Source: the human T2T-CHM13v2.0 reference genome, Homo sapiens. Taken from it: 64,000 nucleotides of DNA. Positions within the stretch are counted from its first letter, which is position 1. Each line of letters begins with the position of its first letter. Position numbers and translations under genes: made by a program. Under the pieces are notes generated by a model, which was given only the letters and a program-made list of their open reading frames with translations, was not told where the DNA came from and did no database searches. The DNA lies in the NCBI RefSeq assembly GCF_009914755.1, contig NC_060933.1; one strand, given 5' to 3'. This document shows positions 1 through 22,737 of the stretch, piece after piece.

Positions 1-170
1 CTCAATCCCACAACTTGTCTGCATCCCCAGGCAACCACTCACATGCTTTCTGACACTACAGATTAGGCTGCATTTTCTAGAATTTTAAATGAAATCATAA
101 AAGTATCCAAACCTTTATTCCTGGCTTCTTTCACTCAGCATAATTATTTTGGGATATATGCACACTGTTT
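1..170 (-). mobile_element. Old L1 (L1M) 3' fragment
   Basis: ccccaggcaaccact...ctggcttctttcactcagcataat motif typical of L1M 3' UTR. Confidence 0.6.
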
Positions 171-552
171 TAACTCACTTTTAGGGCATTCAGGATAAAT
201 TTTTTGAAACCTCAACTGACATTAATAAAAGATACATATTCTTTTTATGTTTTCAATGTGGGGACTCGGCTTTGAAAGGCTGGAAAATGTTGATCTAATG
301 AGGTAACACGGAAAACATAAAAATGCTACTCAAAATGTTCCCATAATTCTTATCAACTCTAAATGTCTCAGAAACACTGTATAAAACCAGACTTCCTGCA
401 TGACATACTATGTGTAAGCAGGAGGTAGAGGAGACAGTAGGTGTTCATTTTCTTCAACAATATAAAAGTGCTAAATTGTTTACCGGTTCAACAAGTCAAC
501 AAGAAGGGCCTAAGTTGCATCCTATTCCAAAACAGGGTGTGTGGGAAGGGTT

Positions 553-3400
<2,848 letters not shown>

Positions 3401-3422
3401 TCATCTGACAGCAAACACTTAC

Positions 3423-3475
3423 ATCTTCAGTCCAGTCTTCTGTTGTCCACTCTTCCACAGAATTCTTCCAAGCCC
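3423..3475 (-). CDS. UBAP2: UBAP2 exon 10 (53 nt, GAWKNSVEEWTTEDWTED)
   Basis: Acceptor tttcccaacag|GG, donor GAT|GTAAGT; phase 1-0; cumulative CDS 798 nt. Confidence 0.96.
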
Positions 3476-4962
3476 CTGTTGGGAAACAACAGCAATCAAA
3501 GTTTATACCACAAAGTCAAATACAGTCTCAGTCCAAATGATTCCTTTTTGTGTACTATGCGGGGAAAAAAGATACATACGCCTCACTAGCAATTTAGTTT
3601 ACAACCCAAGAAACATGACGTTCTTAATCTATTCTCGGTAAAATCAGTAATATTTCTTTTCTCCCCTTCTCTTTGAAATAATGTTTACAAATGCAACTTG
3701 ACTAGTAGTCACTATCTACATAACCTCAAATCAGTGTTTCAAATGGATTTTGCTTCAATATAGGTCACATCCAAGCAATTCTGCCATGAGTAAGAAAAGT
3801 ATGGATGTAGCACAAATATAGACATTTAACAATGGTTTGATTTCTTCCGATATAGTCTTCAAAACAACAAATTTCATTTTAAGGCAAATCTGTCTTGGAC
3901 CCTATTTCAGGTGGATTACTGAATTATCAAATTTAGAGAAGCATCCTTTTAATAAAATATTAGCTCTACTACATGGCTTCCTAATAGGTCTCCAGCAAAG
4001 TTCAACATTACTCTTGCTCATATCAAGTCTGCTGCTTTAAGTTCTGGAGTCAGTACACAGGATGCGCTCAAACAGTTCTTACAGAATACTCATCCATAAC
4101 ACATCTAAGTACTTTCAAAAGTGTTGCTACTCAAAAAATACTTACTTACAGATCTTATATAAGTAGAGGGCCATTGTTTACAGCATGTATGAAAAAAATG
4201 CCCATAGATAATGGTTTTAAAGGAAATACACTAAGAAATTAACGACAACCCCAGAAAGAGGGATTATGGATGTTTTCAGTTCCTTCATAAGAAGAAAGGA
4301 GTTAATCATCTGACAAACAAAATTCCATTTCTCTCCAAAAGTTGTGTATGGAGAGGGAAGAGGAGGAGCATGCTTGTGAGACAAAAGAAGTCAGGTAACC
4401 ATGTCTACCTTCCTTAGAATCACGTAAACAGCCAAATAACTGACCTCCTCATAAGTAAAATGATGATTGTTTCCTAGAAAAAGAGTCCTTATTTATGGAA
4501 TGTTTTTAACAGGATGTACCTGATTTCAGATTGGGGTGGCTCTCTGTGAAATGTGATGTAAACTGTGCCAATATTTGGATGTAAAATACAGATGTTTCAA
4601 AACCGAAAACATTTAATTCTGTCTGAGAAACCACTAATACACTGGAAATTTGGAGGATGAAGTTAATGAAAGCCAGAATTGTAAGAGAAAGCTTGATGGC
4701 GAAGATAAACATACACACACAGGGATATAAAGGAAAATTTCCAGGAGAAAAACAATGATGAAACATTACAAAAACCTACATAAAAAATATTAAAGTACTC
4801 TAAAGCTTAAAATATACATTATTTTTTCTAATTTTTAAAATTGCACAGCTCAGCCACTATATGTACAGTTAATGTAGTAAGTTAAAACAGACTTTTATAC
4901 ATGATATGTAGTAAGAATGGCCTACCATGGCAATTCAGGAGACATATTAAAAGTTTAAAAAA

Positions 4963-5615
<653 letters not shown>

Positions 5616-6322
5616 GACTGGCCTACCACTTTGAGAGCAGTATTTTGAAAATAATTAAACACAACTTTGGACTTGCATAATAGGGTGAGAATCTGAGTAC
5701 ATTTAAAAGCAAGTACAAGGCACTATGTATGTAGCCTGAAGGAAAAACAGCGAAACAGATAGTTATAAGCAGAGATGCAACATGATAGAGTGGTAAGTCA
5801 GGAAATTACAGGGGAAACTCCCATGTGAGAAGCAAGTGCCACGTTGTTGCAGGAACTAGCCATACCCACACAGACTATAAAAAATTCCAGACATTAAATA
5901 CAGAAGGCAAAGGCTCAGGTCCTAATCATATTTTGGAATATTAAAATTTTAATTTGGTCATTAGACCTACACCACAAAATATAACGGAAAAACTTCAACA
6001 ATCCTTATTTTCAGCTTAAAACAATATATTGGAGATGAATGTTTTATGTTCAATTTAACTTGGTGTTAGTCCTCTAACGAATGTATGTTAAGGCCACTTA
6101 GGAACATGGAAAATAATGATGAAAATTCTGTGGCACCTTGAAAGTCAATCAATAAAACATTTCCATTAGCAAACTGCAAATCTGATTACCAAATAAATAG
6201 GTATAGTTTACAAACATTTATCTGATAAATTTTTATTAGCTAGCTTTGATAAAAAATGAAAGATATTGCAAGCAATTTATAAGATTCTTAATTTTAAAAA
6301 TTAAAAAATTAAGTATTCATAC

Positions 6323-6388
6323 CTTTGAGTCCATAAGAACTTTTGTTTGACAGATCCTGAGCTATGTTGTGAGTATTTGATGCCAGTT
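6323..6388 (-). CDS. UBAP2: UBAP2 exon 9 (66 nt, ELASNTHNIAQDLSNKSSYGLK)
   Basis: Acceptor tccacag|AA, donor AAG|GTATG; phase 1-1. Confidence 0.95.
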
Positions 6389-7150
6389 CTGTGGACCAAT
6401 GTAAAATTGAGGGTTTAAACATATGAAAAGAATGAAAGTATTCATCACAGAGAAGATGGTCACTGTCAAAGCTATGTATATGCTGCGTTACTGCCCAAGG
6501 ATAGTGAAATGTAATTGAAATCCATACTCTTACAGGTCACTGCAAATCAAGTTATGAATCTTATCCTTGATGGCTCTTGGACACTCAAATCACTTCAATT
6601 ATTCTCATTCTCACGCCCATGTTTACCAAGCTCCCTTCTCACTCATCAAAGAGAGTATTCTAATCTGTTCAACAGGTACCAGTTTTTAGAAAATTTATAA
6701 ATTAGCCTTCTGAGTATACACAAGTCTTTCTAGTTTGGTTAATTTGAGGGTCCCTCATATCAGGAATAGATTTGTGGTTATTATACTGTCAACAGTTGGG
6801 TTTCTGAGCCTATAAGGCTGAGTCCTGGACTCATAACTCTCTTATCAACAAGCCAATACCATTCTGTGAGGCCTCTGGAAAAACAGCCAGCACCATCAGC
6901 TGACATCCTTTAACTGTATTCTACAACAAATTGGTTTTGCTTATCTAAATGCTTTTCAGCAAGAAATCTGCTACTTTAAATAATAAGTGGGAGGAGATGA
7001 AAGAAAAGAGAGAGGAGGAAAGAGAAAATTTTAAAAAAAGTAACTAATTGACTAATTCAACATTCTGCTTCAACACTTGCACAACATTCGGCTTCAAAGC
7101 CATGGAAGCCAGCACAGCTTCCACACACAGTTCTTCCACACTGTGTGGAA

Positions 7151-7335
7151 GCTGTGCACAGTGGTGCAGGGCTGTAGTCCCAGCTACACAGGAAGGTGAT
7201 GCAGGAGGATCACTTGAGCCCAGGAGTTTGAGGTTGTAGTGCACTAAGATTACGCCTGTGAATACCAACTACACTCCAGCCTGGACAACAAATTGAGACC
7301 CCCATCTCTTAAAAAAAAAAGAAGCAAGAAAAAAA
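7151..7335 (+). mobile_element. FAM (fossil Alu monomer)
   Basis: Monomer retaining the 7SL-like segment GCCTGTGAATA..CACTCCAGCCTGG and an A-tail. Confidence 0.7.
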
Positions 7336-8362
7336 AACATCAGTGGAGGTATTAATAAAAGCACTATAATATCACATACAGATTTTTGTTTGGATGTGTT
7401 TTCATTCCACTTTTATAAAAATCTAAGAATGGGATTGTCAGATTGTATGATAGGTATGCTTTCCCACCAGGCATGTATATGAGTACCTGTTATTCCACAA
7501 TCCTCACCAGCACTTGGAATTTTTCATTTCCTTTAAAGCCATTTTAATAGGTGAATGGGGGTAACTCAATGTGGCTTTACTTTGTATTTCTCCAATGACT
7601 AATAATGATGAGCACACTCACGGATTTGTTTGCTATCCATTTATCATGTTCCCTTATAAATGCAAATATTTTGCTTTTAATTAACTTTTTATCTTAAAAT
7701 AATTATAGAGTCACAGGAATTATCCTTCACCAGTCTCCGTGTTAAAACAGAAAATTTACCATTTCTGACCCTCTCCAAGTGTACAATTTAGTGGCACAGA
7801 GTATATTCACAATGTTGTACAATCATTACTATCCATTTCTAGAACTTCTTCCATTTTTTCCCCCCATTTTTAATTGCTCATTTGTTTTAGGGGGTTGTTT
7901 TCTTATTACTGAATTGTGAGAGTTCTTTATTTATTTTGTATATAAGTCCTTATCAAATATGGATTTTATATAAACATTTTCTCCAAGACTACGTCTCATT
8001 CTATCATTTCATTTTTCTCTTCAGAAGAATTTTACAATTTTTGATAAAATGTACTTTGTCAATTTTCTCTTTTATGACTCAGGCTTATCGGATTCTATAT
8101 AAGAGATCTTTGCCTAACCTAAAATCACTAGGATTTGCCACTATATCTTCTTTGTAAGTTGTACTTTCAGGTTTCATGTTTAAGTGTAACCTTGGAGGGT
8201 AATTTTTGTATACAGTATAATGTATGGCATTGAATTGCCTCATAATCTTTGACAAAAAACAATTAGCCATATGTATATGTGTTTATTTCTAAACTACTAT
8301 GCTATTGATTTATGTGTCTTGCTTACTGCAGTGTTAGAGCAGTTCTTAAAATCAGGGAGTGT

Positions 8363-9075
8363 GGGCCGGGTGCGGTGGCTCACACCTGTAATCCCAGCAC
8401 TCTGAGAGGCCGAGGCGGGTAGATCACAAGGTCAGGAGATGGAGACCATCCTGGCTAACACAGTGAAGCCCCGTCTCTACTAAAAATACAAAAAAATTAG
8501 CCAGGTGTGGTGGCGGGTGCCTGTAGTCCCAGGCACTTGGGGAGGCTGAGGCAGGAGAATGGCGTGAACCCGGGAGGCAGAGCCTGCAGTGAGCAGAGAT
8601 CGTGCCACTGCGCTCCAGCCTGACTGACGAAGCGAGACTCCATCTCAAAAAAATAAAAAATCAGGGAGTGTGGGTCTTAGAACTTTTTTTTCCTTTTCAA
8701 AATTGTTTAGGCTACTTTAGTTCCTTTAATATTATATAAAAATTTTAGAGTCAAGTTGTCAAGGCCAGGCACAATAGCTCACACCTGTAATCTCACCACT
8801 TTGGGAGGCTGAGGTGGGCAGATCACTTGAGGTCAAGAGTTCAATACTTACCTGCCCAACATGGTGAAACCCTGTCTCTACTAAAACTACAAAAAAAAAA
8901 AAAAAATTAGCTGGGCATGGTGGTGCACACCTGTAATCCTAGCTACTCGGGAGGCTGAGGTAAGAGATCACTCACCCAGGAGATGGAGGTTGCAGTGAGT
9001 TGAGATCGCAACACTGCACTCCAGCCTGTGTGACAGAGTGAGACTCCATCTCGAAAAAAAATAAAATAAAAAAAA
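8363..9075 (+). mobile_element. AluY-like (8363-8660, TSD aaaatcagggagtgtggg) and a second Alu (8763-9075)
   Basis: AluY diagnostics (gagaccatcctggctaacac, ggcgtgaacccggg); flanking direct repeats. Confidence 0.92.
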
Positions 9076-10112
9076 GAATCAAGTTGTCAAAAATCTGCTA
9101 AGATTTTGATTGGAATTGTGCTGAAGCTATCGATCAATTTGGAGAGAAATGACATTTCAAAGATATTGAGTCTTCTAATTCATGAACACTGAATATGTTC
9201 CCTTTTATGAGGGTCTTCTTTGATCTTTCCCAACATGTTGCATAATATTAACATACAAATCTTGCATATACGTAGTCAGAAATAACTATTTCTTGTTTTT
9301 TTGGTACTACTAAAAAAAGTACTGTTTTTCTTATTCTTTGTTTGCAATTGTTCACTGCTAGTAAAGAAGTACCATAATTATATTTTAATGATGGTTATAA
9401 TTCTATATGCATTTGTTAGAATTCATCCTCTGTACCTCTAAAAAGGGGAGAATATATGTGTATACATATAAAAACTACATCAACAAATCTAATTTTTTTT
9501 AAAAATCAGTGGGGAAAATTTACATGAGACGGACCACCGTGAATTAATAAATTCAAAGACTGAGTCAGTAAAAACTAAATGTCACAACAGTGGGACTAAA
9601 ATATATTAAAGTGGTATATCCCTCTATTTATTGTCTTCTTTATTTTCTCTCAATATTGTTTTATATTTTTTCTAATCTTACATATCTTACATATCATTAG
9701 ACTTATTCCTAGGCATCTGGTGTTTTCTGAAGCTATTAGCAATTTTTTTCCATTTTCTGTTTGTTGATGATTTATAGAAATACATGCCTTCATGAAACTT
9801 GTGTCTTGCATCTTGTGCTTGTGAAACTCTCCAATAATTTGTCTACAGATTCTTTTACACAATCACAAAAAACAACGGTTTATTCTCCCTTTCCAATCCT
9901 TATGACTTACTTATTTTTTCTTTATTGCACTGGCTAGGACCTCCAGTACAGTGTGAATGGAAGCAGTGACCGCATGTGTTTTTATCTTGTTCCAGAGGAA
10001 AACCATTCAATATATCACCATTGACTGTAACACCTGCTGAAAGTTTACAGATATTCCTTATCTGATTAAGGAAATTCCTTGTATTCCTAACTGCCAGGAT
10101 TTTGTTTGTTTT

Positions 10113-11171
10113 TAATTAGAAAAATTATTTATTTCTGCTCCTTTCATAGATCTTATTGTTCAGGAAACAGTCATACATACGTATCTGAAATAATGTATTA
10201 TCACACTCCCTATTAAAAGGCAAAGCACCACAGGTAAAGCTGATCAGCCATCTAGAATTCTCAATTTATGGAATCTTGCTTCCAGATTTTATATTAATTT
10301 CTGAAAATCAGAAATGTCATCTCCAAAAACAAGTTAAAGGGGCTGTAAAAAATAATCACTTTATTCAATATTATATTTGTAAACTGGAGTATATTTTCTT
10401 TAAAAAATGAAAAACTAAGAAGAAAATGTCACTCAACATCATTGATGTCAATAGGTCAGCAGGAGAAAAAATACTGTGATAAACTTGTCTCTTTGATACC
10501 AAGAAGAAATTTTACTCCAAGCTACACTTCCAGTGTTTTCACTACATATTTCTTTACTGCTGCTCTTCATTCTTTTCCACATTTCACAACAGTGGATTGG
10601 TACAGCCTTTAAAACTTCATTGACAGGAACAAATCCAGTATCCATTGATTTCTTCTCAAAAGGCACTCTAACTTATCAGATTGCCCGGCAGTTACATTCT
10701 CATGAATACTCTAGCCATAAAAAAACTCAACAGGACACAGACAAATCCAATGAATAGAAGAAGAAATCTACTGGGTTTTGGGATATTTGGTGCATTCGAT
10801 TGGTACAGGATTATGAAACCTAAACCCTCCATTGTAAACAGGAAGCTGGATGCAAGTCCTTCCATAATATACTGTCCATTTACTCTGTACACCAAGAAAG
10901 CTACTGGCCTCTGATGCCCATGTTCATCGGTCACAGAGCCAACACTTTGAGGTTCAACAATAACATCATAAATTATTCCTCTGGTGATGAGGAAGCAAGA
11001 CACCACCACCAGGGCATACATAGTCATGGCCGAGGGCATGTGCAGCCTGGTCGGCTTCTTCAGCTTCAGGTTGGGACATTTGAGCACTAATGGGACGCGG
11101 TACAAAGTCTCCATGTTGGTGGAATCAAGGGCCATTATCAGGCTCAAATCCCACATGCCACTCAGAAACAC
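10113..11171 (-). pseudogene. OSTCP8: Processed pseudogene (retrocopy) of OSTC/DC2, oligosaccharyltransferase subunit (probably the locus called OSTCP8, from memory)
   Basis: Intronless ORF 11114-10692 [20 protein letters not shown]...FMARVFMRM* matches OSTC; TAA replaces the codon 8 residues before the parental stop (TAG still at 10668-10670); UTRs retained; AATAAA at ~10360 and ~10128; TSD TGTTTGTTTT at 10103-10112 and 11172-11181 with a TT/AAAA L1-EN site. Confidence 0.9.
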
Positions 11172-11870
11172 TGTTTGTTTTAATCATGAACGAATATTGA
11201 ACACTTTTCCTTACTGAAATAATCATACGGATTTTTCTCCTTAATTTTGTTAAATGGATAATACTAATTTCTATATTTTTATATACAATACACATAACAT
11301 GAAATCTATCCTTTTACAACAGACAGTTGAATAATTTTTAGTATATTCACAATTTGTGCAATCATCACCTCTAATTCTAGAACATTTTCATCACTCCAAA
11401 AACAAACTCCATACTCATTTGTAGTCACTCACCACTTTTCCCAAATAGTTCTATCTCTAGGCAACCACCAAGCTAATTTCTGTCCCTATAAATTTGCCTT
11501 AGACATTTCAGATAAATAAAATCATAAAATACAATATATGTGGTCTTTCTGTGACTCTGCATACTATTTTCAAGGTTCATCCATGTTGTAGCATGTACCT
11601 TAATTCCTTTTTATGGCTGAACATTATTCCATTCTATGTATATTCTATATTTTGCTTATACATTCATCCATTGATAAACATTTGAGGTTTTTTCCCCCCA
11701 GACAGACCTGTTCAACAGGAAGTATGGGTTGTTTCTACTTTTTTATAATGATGAATTATGTTGCTATCAATCTTTTTGTACAAGATTTTATGTGAACCTA
11801 TATTTTCCTTTCTTTTGGGTATGCATCTAGGAGTTGATTTGACTTGTTTTTTAAAAGTTAAACAAACTAA

Positions 11871-13759
<1,889 letters not shown>

Positions 13760-14249
13760 TAACCAATATTTACCCCAAGAATTTCAGAAAATAAATAATC
13801 CAGAAACAGCATGATACAGAAAAACCTGCAGAGGCAACGTTGCTACAAACCCATCTATCATCTACCACATTATCATACATTATCTGGCCAAAGAATCCAC
13901 CATTAGAAATGGGAAGTACTTCCAGTAAAAAATCTTCTCCTCAGAAATTCTATATATCTGTGACATACTTTGATCAGAGTGTGGGTTTGTGCTGATTTAT
14001 GCCAATTACCTTATATAGCCTCTTTCTTAGCTTGCAGAAGGGAAAATCAAATTCCTTGTCATCATGAGATTTGTATGTGACAGACTTTGGGTGGTAAGAA
14101 CCAACTAAGAATAGTTTCAGAGGTAGGACAGTAGCCTGTTTTTCATTCTTTTCCATCAGCACATTTAGACTTCATCTTTGTATGAGAACATACAACTCTT
14201 AATAGCTCAAACATTTAAAACTCATCTCTGGCAAAAACAGAACACTTAC

Positions 14250-14353
14250 CAGTTCCCTCATCTGCACCATTCTGAGCAGCTTCCCAAACTACTAGCTTTG
14301 TCCCACACACATCTGTAGATGTAGAATCTGAATAGTCTGCAGGATTAAATGTC
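14250..14353 (-). CDS. UBAP2: UBAP2 exon 8 (104 nt, TFNPADYSDSTSTDVCGTKLVVWEAAQNGADEGT)
   Basis: Acceptor ccccag|GAC, donor CTG|GTAAGT; phase 2-1. Confidence 0.96.
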
Positions 14354-15399
14354 CTGGGGTTTGAAATAAAGAAATAATAAAGGCAAAAGAAGCAAACACC
14401 TAAGCCAAAATATTAACCATACATGATCTTCCACCAAACAAGCCCAGTGCCTTCTCACAGCCACTGTAAAAGACATCACCTCTCCTTCCCCTATTTAAAT
14501 ATAACTAATTCTGCCAGCCATGGAGATGCAGATGTGAAAACCAGAAGTTGCCTAGGGACCTTCCACACATTCTGGTATAATAGCCTTATTTTCCTGAAAC
14601 ACGGTCCTCTGCATCCTAAAGCAGACAAGGAGACGTATAATCTTTCAAGGCAGAATAAGAGCTCTTATGAGAGTCCTGCTGAAAAATAAGGCATAAATAG
14701 GCAACAGGTATTTTCTTCCCAAGTCAGAATCCAAGTTTGGCTTTTACAGCTTAGATTTATATGCTCCTTTACAGAAACATTAGATAAAGAAGAAAACATT
14801 TTGTTCAGCACCTCTATTTCTTTTCAATAAAATCCTAAACTGAACACCCAGTTTAATCGAATCATGGTTCAGAGGTCTAACATGAGCCAAAACAAATATT
14901 ACCTTTAAAATTTTCACAAAGGAATGTGAAGTAAACAGAAAAATCCACAAAACAATTTAAAGCTAATGAGCAGGGCTATGTCTTAAAGTGCTCCTGAGAG
15001 TTTGCTCCCTGTGTTTTCATCCCTCCTTTTCCTCAAAGGAGCTTAGGCAGAAGGCAGATTGCATGAGGCACCACTACTTCTAGAAGGCATTAACACCAAG
15101 AGTGCTGCCTGAAGTTAGAGAGAGACAAAGGGCTTTTCTTGGAGCCAATTCCTTTCCTTGACTGCATCTACGTATGGCTTCCACAGGATGTTTTAAAACT
15201 CTTCCTAAAAATCCAATGGGAGCTAATGTTTTAGAAGCAACAAAAAGTAAAAAAACACCCAGAAACAAGAAATAAACCTCTGATTTTAGTGCCTTTGAGT
15301 CTGTTCAATGTTTACTATTTCAATTCAGGAAAAAGGTATCACTCATACATAAATAAGCATTACATTTACTTAGCATTCAAAGACAATGGCTGGATTAAC

Positions 15400-15603
15400 T
15401 AAAATGGCTCTTAGGCAGTGCCATTTAGGTACGTCTATAGGTATTTTGTCACAACTTCAGGCGAAGTGCTACTGACATTTATTAATAGTACAGAGAAGAG
15501 AGATGTTGCTAAGCAACCTACAATATACAGGAGATCCTACCACCCCATGGAAGTATTATCCAATACACAATCTCAATAATGCCAAGGCTAGAAACCCTGC
15601 TCT
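15400..15603 (+). mobile_element. MER20-like hAT DNA transposon fossil
   Basis: ttgtcacaact...gtgctactgacat...gatgttgctaagcaacctacaat...aatgccaaggctagaaaccctg. Confidence 0.6.
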
Positions 15604-15781
15604 AATGCCTGTTTAAAAGATCAATTTTATTCATATTATTTTTCTTATTTGTAAATCTCTTTAAGTATAGAAAACACTAGATTCACCATGATGACTAAAT
15701 TAGATGTAGGGTATTAGAAGCAACTGCAGAATAAAAACTAGGGAAGTAAATAATTATAAAAATAGGATGGCTATCACTTAC

Positions 15782-15836
15782 CCCATGCCTTGGGTTGAGA
15801 ACCTTCCTGCCCCTCTCCCTCTGCCACGTCCAAATC
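15782..15836 (-). CDS. UBAP2: UBAP2 exon 7 (55 nt, GFGRGRGRGAGRFSTQGMG; RG box)
   Basis: Acceptor tttttttaaag|GA, donor TGGG|GTAAGT; phase 1-2. Confidence 0.96.
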
Positions 15837-16339
15837 CTTTAAAAAAACACACAATTATAGTATAAAATAATACTTATGTCCTACACAATTACACTTCCTT
15901 CTTCATCCTATACTCACTACCCAGACAATATTATCATTATTCCTAGTAGCACCAACATTCCAATCCAGGGCACCCAATTAACTGATCCCTGCTGATACAA
16001 CTACCTATACCCAGTTAGTGACTTCTAAGGCTAGAAAAGAATTAAATTATCCTTGTATTATATTTGTGGTATTTGACAGCTAAACACAGGGAGGTTGTAT
16101 TATAAAACAGTCTGCATCTTTTAAAATCAGAAAGAGCTAACACCATGGAATTATAAGCCACTACTATAAATGAAATGAGAACCAGAAAGAGGAAAATGCA
16201 AAGTAAGCTGAAGGCACTGTTAAGTATCATTTTAAATACTAGTCTGTGATCAAAGATCAAAATGGCAGCAAGCATGAGAACAAGCAAGCAAGAAGAGAAA
16301 ATTATGACTAGCACCTTTCCACATTCTCTTCATTAAAAT

Positions 16340-19886
<3,547 letters not shown>

Positions 19887-20444
19887 TAGCCTCCCAAAGT
19901 GCTGGGATTACAGGCGTGAACCACCGCGCCCAGCCAAACAAAAAATTTTTAAAAATTAAAAAATCTAATCCATCGTCCCCATAAATTCTAGCAAGATAAT
20001 AGAATTATTGTTTCCTACTCACCTGGTAGTAACGCTACTAGTAACATTGGTTTCTGTGTATATACCATTTCCCTGCATTGTTATCTGGAATGAACAGATT
20101 AATCTAGCAGCTCAGAATAAAGATCCAGAGTCTTTTAATCACAAAAACCAAGTCCAACGTTTCCAAAGATTATCAAAGCGAATAAACCATATTATGGTAA
20201 ATGCTGTACCTTTCCTCCTCAAGCCCTGGGACTCTACTACATCTCTGTTGAATGATTGTTCAAGGTTTTTTTATTTTTTGAGACAGAGTTTTGCTCTGTC
20301 ACCCAGGCTGGAGTGCAGTGGCGTAATCTTGGCTCACCACAACCTCAGCCTCCCAGGTTCGAATGATTCTTGTGCCTCAGTCTCCCGAGCGGCTGGGATT
20401 ACAGGTGTGCATCACCATGCCTGGATAATTTTTTTGTATTTTTA

Positions 20445-20681
<237 letters not shown>

Positions 20682-21191
20682 TTAAACTCTCATGTATAGA
20701 GGCACAATAATGGCATTATATAATTACAGGAAATAACCTATCTGTTCAGTAACTGATTTGAGAATCAGCATTTTATTAAATGCTATGTGGAACAAGGACT
20801 CAGCAAGACTCCCAAAGAAGGTACTACAGAGGATTCGAAATTTAAACGTAAGCTGGGTCTGGTGGCTCATGTCTGTAATCCCAGCACCTTGGTAGGTCAA
20901 GGTGGGAGGATCACTTGAGCCACAGTAGTTTGAGATCACCCTGGGCAACAGAGCAAGAGCCCCTTCTCTACCTTAAAAAAAAAATTTTTAAGTAGAATGT
21001 TAAAACATAGTAGGTGCTCAAAATTACTTTGCACTTGTACTATATAGACCGTATTCATGCAATAATTAGTTTTAAAAGTAGAGGAACTAGGCCGGGTGCA
21101 GTGGCTCACACCTGTAATCCTAGCACTTTACGAGGCCAAGGCAGGCGGATCACGAGATCAGGAGATCAGGAGATCAAGACCATCCTGGCTA

Positions 21192-21413
<222 letters not shown>

Positions 21414-21719
21414 CTAATCTGAGTCACTAAATACAAAACAGTAAGGTAAAGCAGTGAGAAAGGTTAGGGAGTAAACTATTGTTGCCTTTTTTGCATTATT
21501 TTTCTTCCATCCAGAAGGAAACCAACCCCTGTAACTTCAAGTGTAATTCATTACCAGCCAAAGCAGTGGCTTGTGCCTGTAATCCCTCTGCTTTAGGAGG
21601 CCAAGGGAGGAGGACTGCTTGGAGCCAGGAGTTCAAGACCAGCCTGGGCAACACACAGAGACCTGCCTACAATGCTTTTGAAAATTAGCTGGGCATTGTG
21701 ATGTGCACCTGCAGTCCTA

Positions 21720-21848
<129 letters not shown>

Positions 21849-22054
21849 CTATAGTTCACTACCTTACTTGACTCAATCTCACCAAAAGACCAAAATAATA
21901 CATATAAGCTGATAAACCATTTATGAATACACAAGATAAAGAAACATACAAAAGAAGAGTAATTTAAATACACATTTAAGCCTGACCTACATAGAGAAAT
22001 CCCGTCTCTACTGAAAATACAAAATTAGCTGGGTGTGGTGGCGCATGCCTGTTA

Positions 22055-22673
<619 letters not shown>

Positions 22674-22737
22674 TCAACAACAAAAAACTGTATCATGGAA
22701 TCAAATCTTCAAGCAAAGCTGGCAAACACATACTTAG

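Larger units (their letters stand above)
7350..11840 (-). mobile_element. Fragmented old L1 (L1M), interrupted by Alus and the OSTC retrocopy
   Basis: L1 ORF2/3' UTR-like motifs (gattttgattggaattgtgctgaa, ttattgcactggctaggacctccagtac, aggttcatccatgttgtagcatg). Confidence 0.7.

Noticed and set aside
13974-14065. Minus-strand ATGATGA...CTGA (box C/D-like, 92 nt) in intron 8
   Set aside because: No convincing terminal stem or C'/D' boxes and no recognisable guide; does not resemble the UBAP2-hosted SNORD121 as I recall it; likely chance
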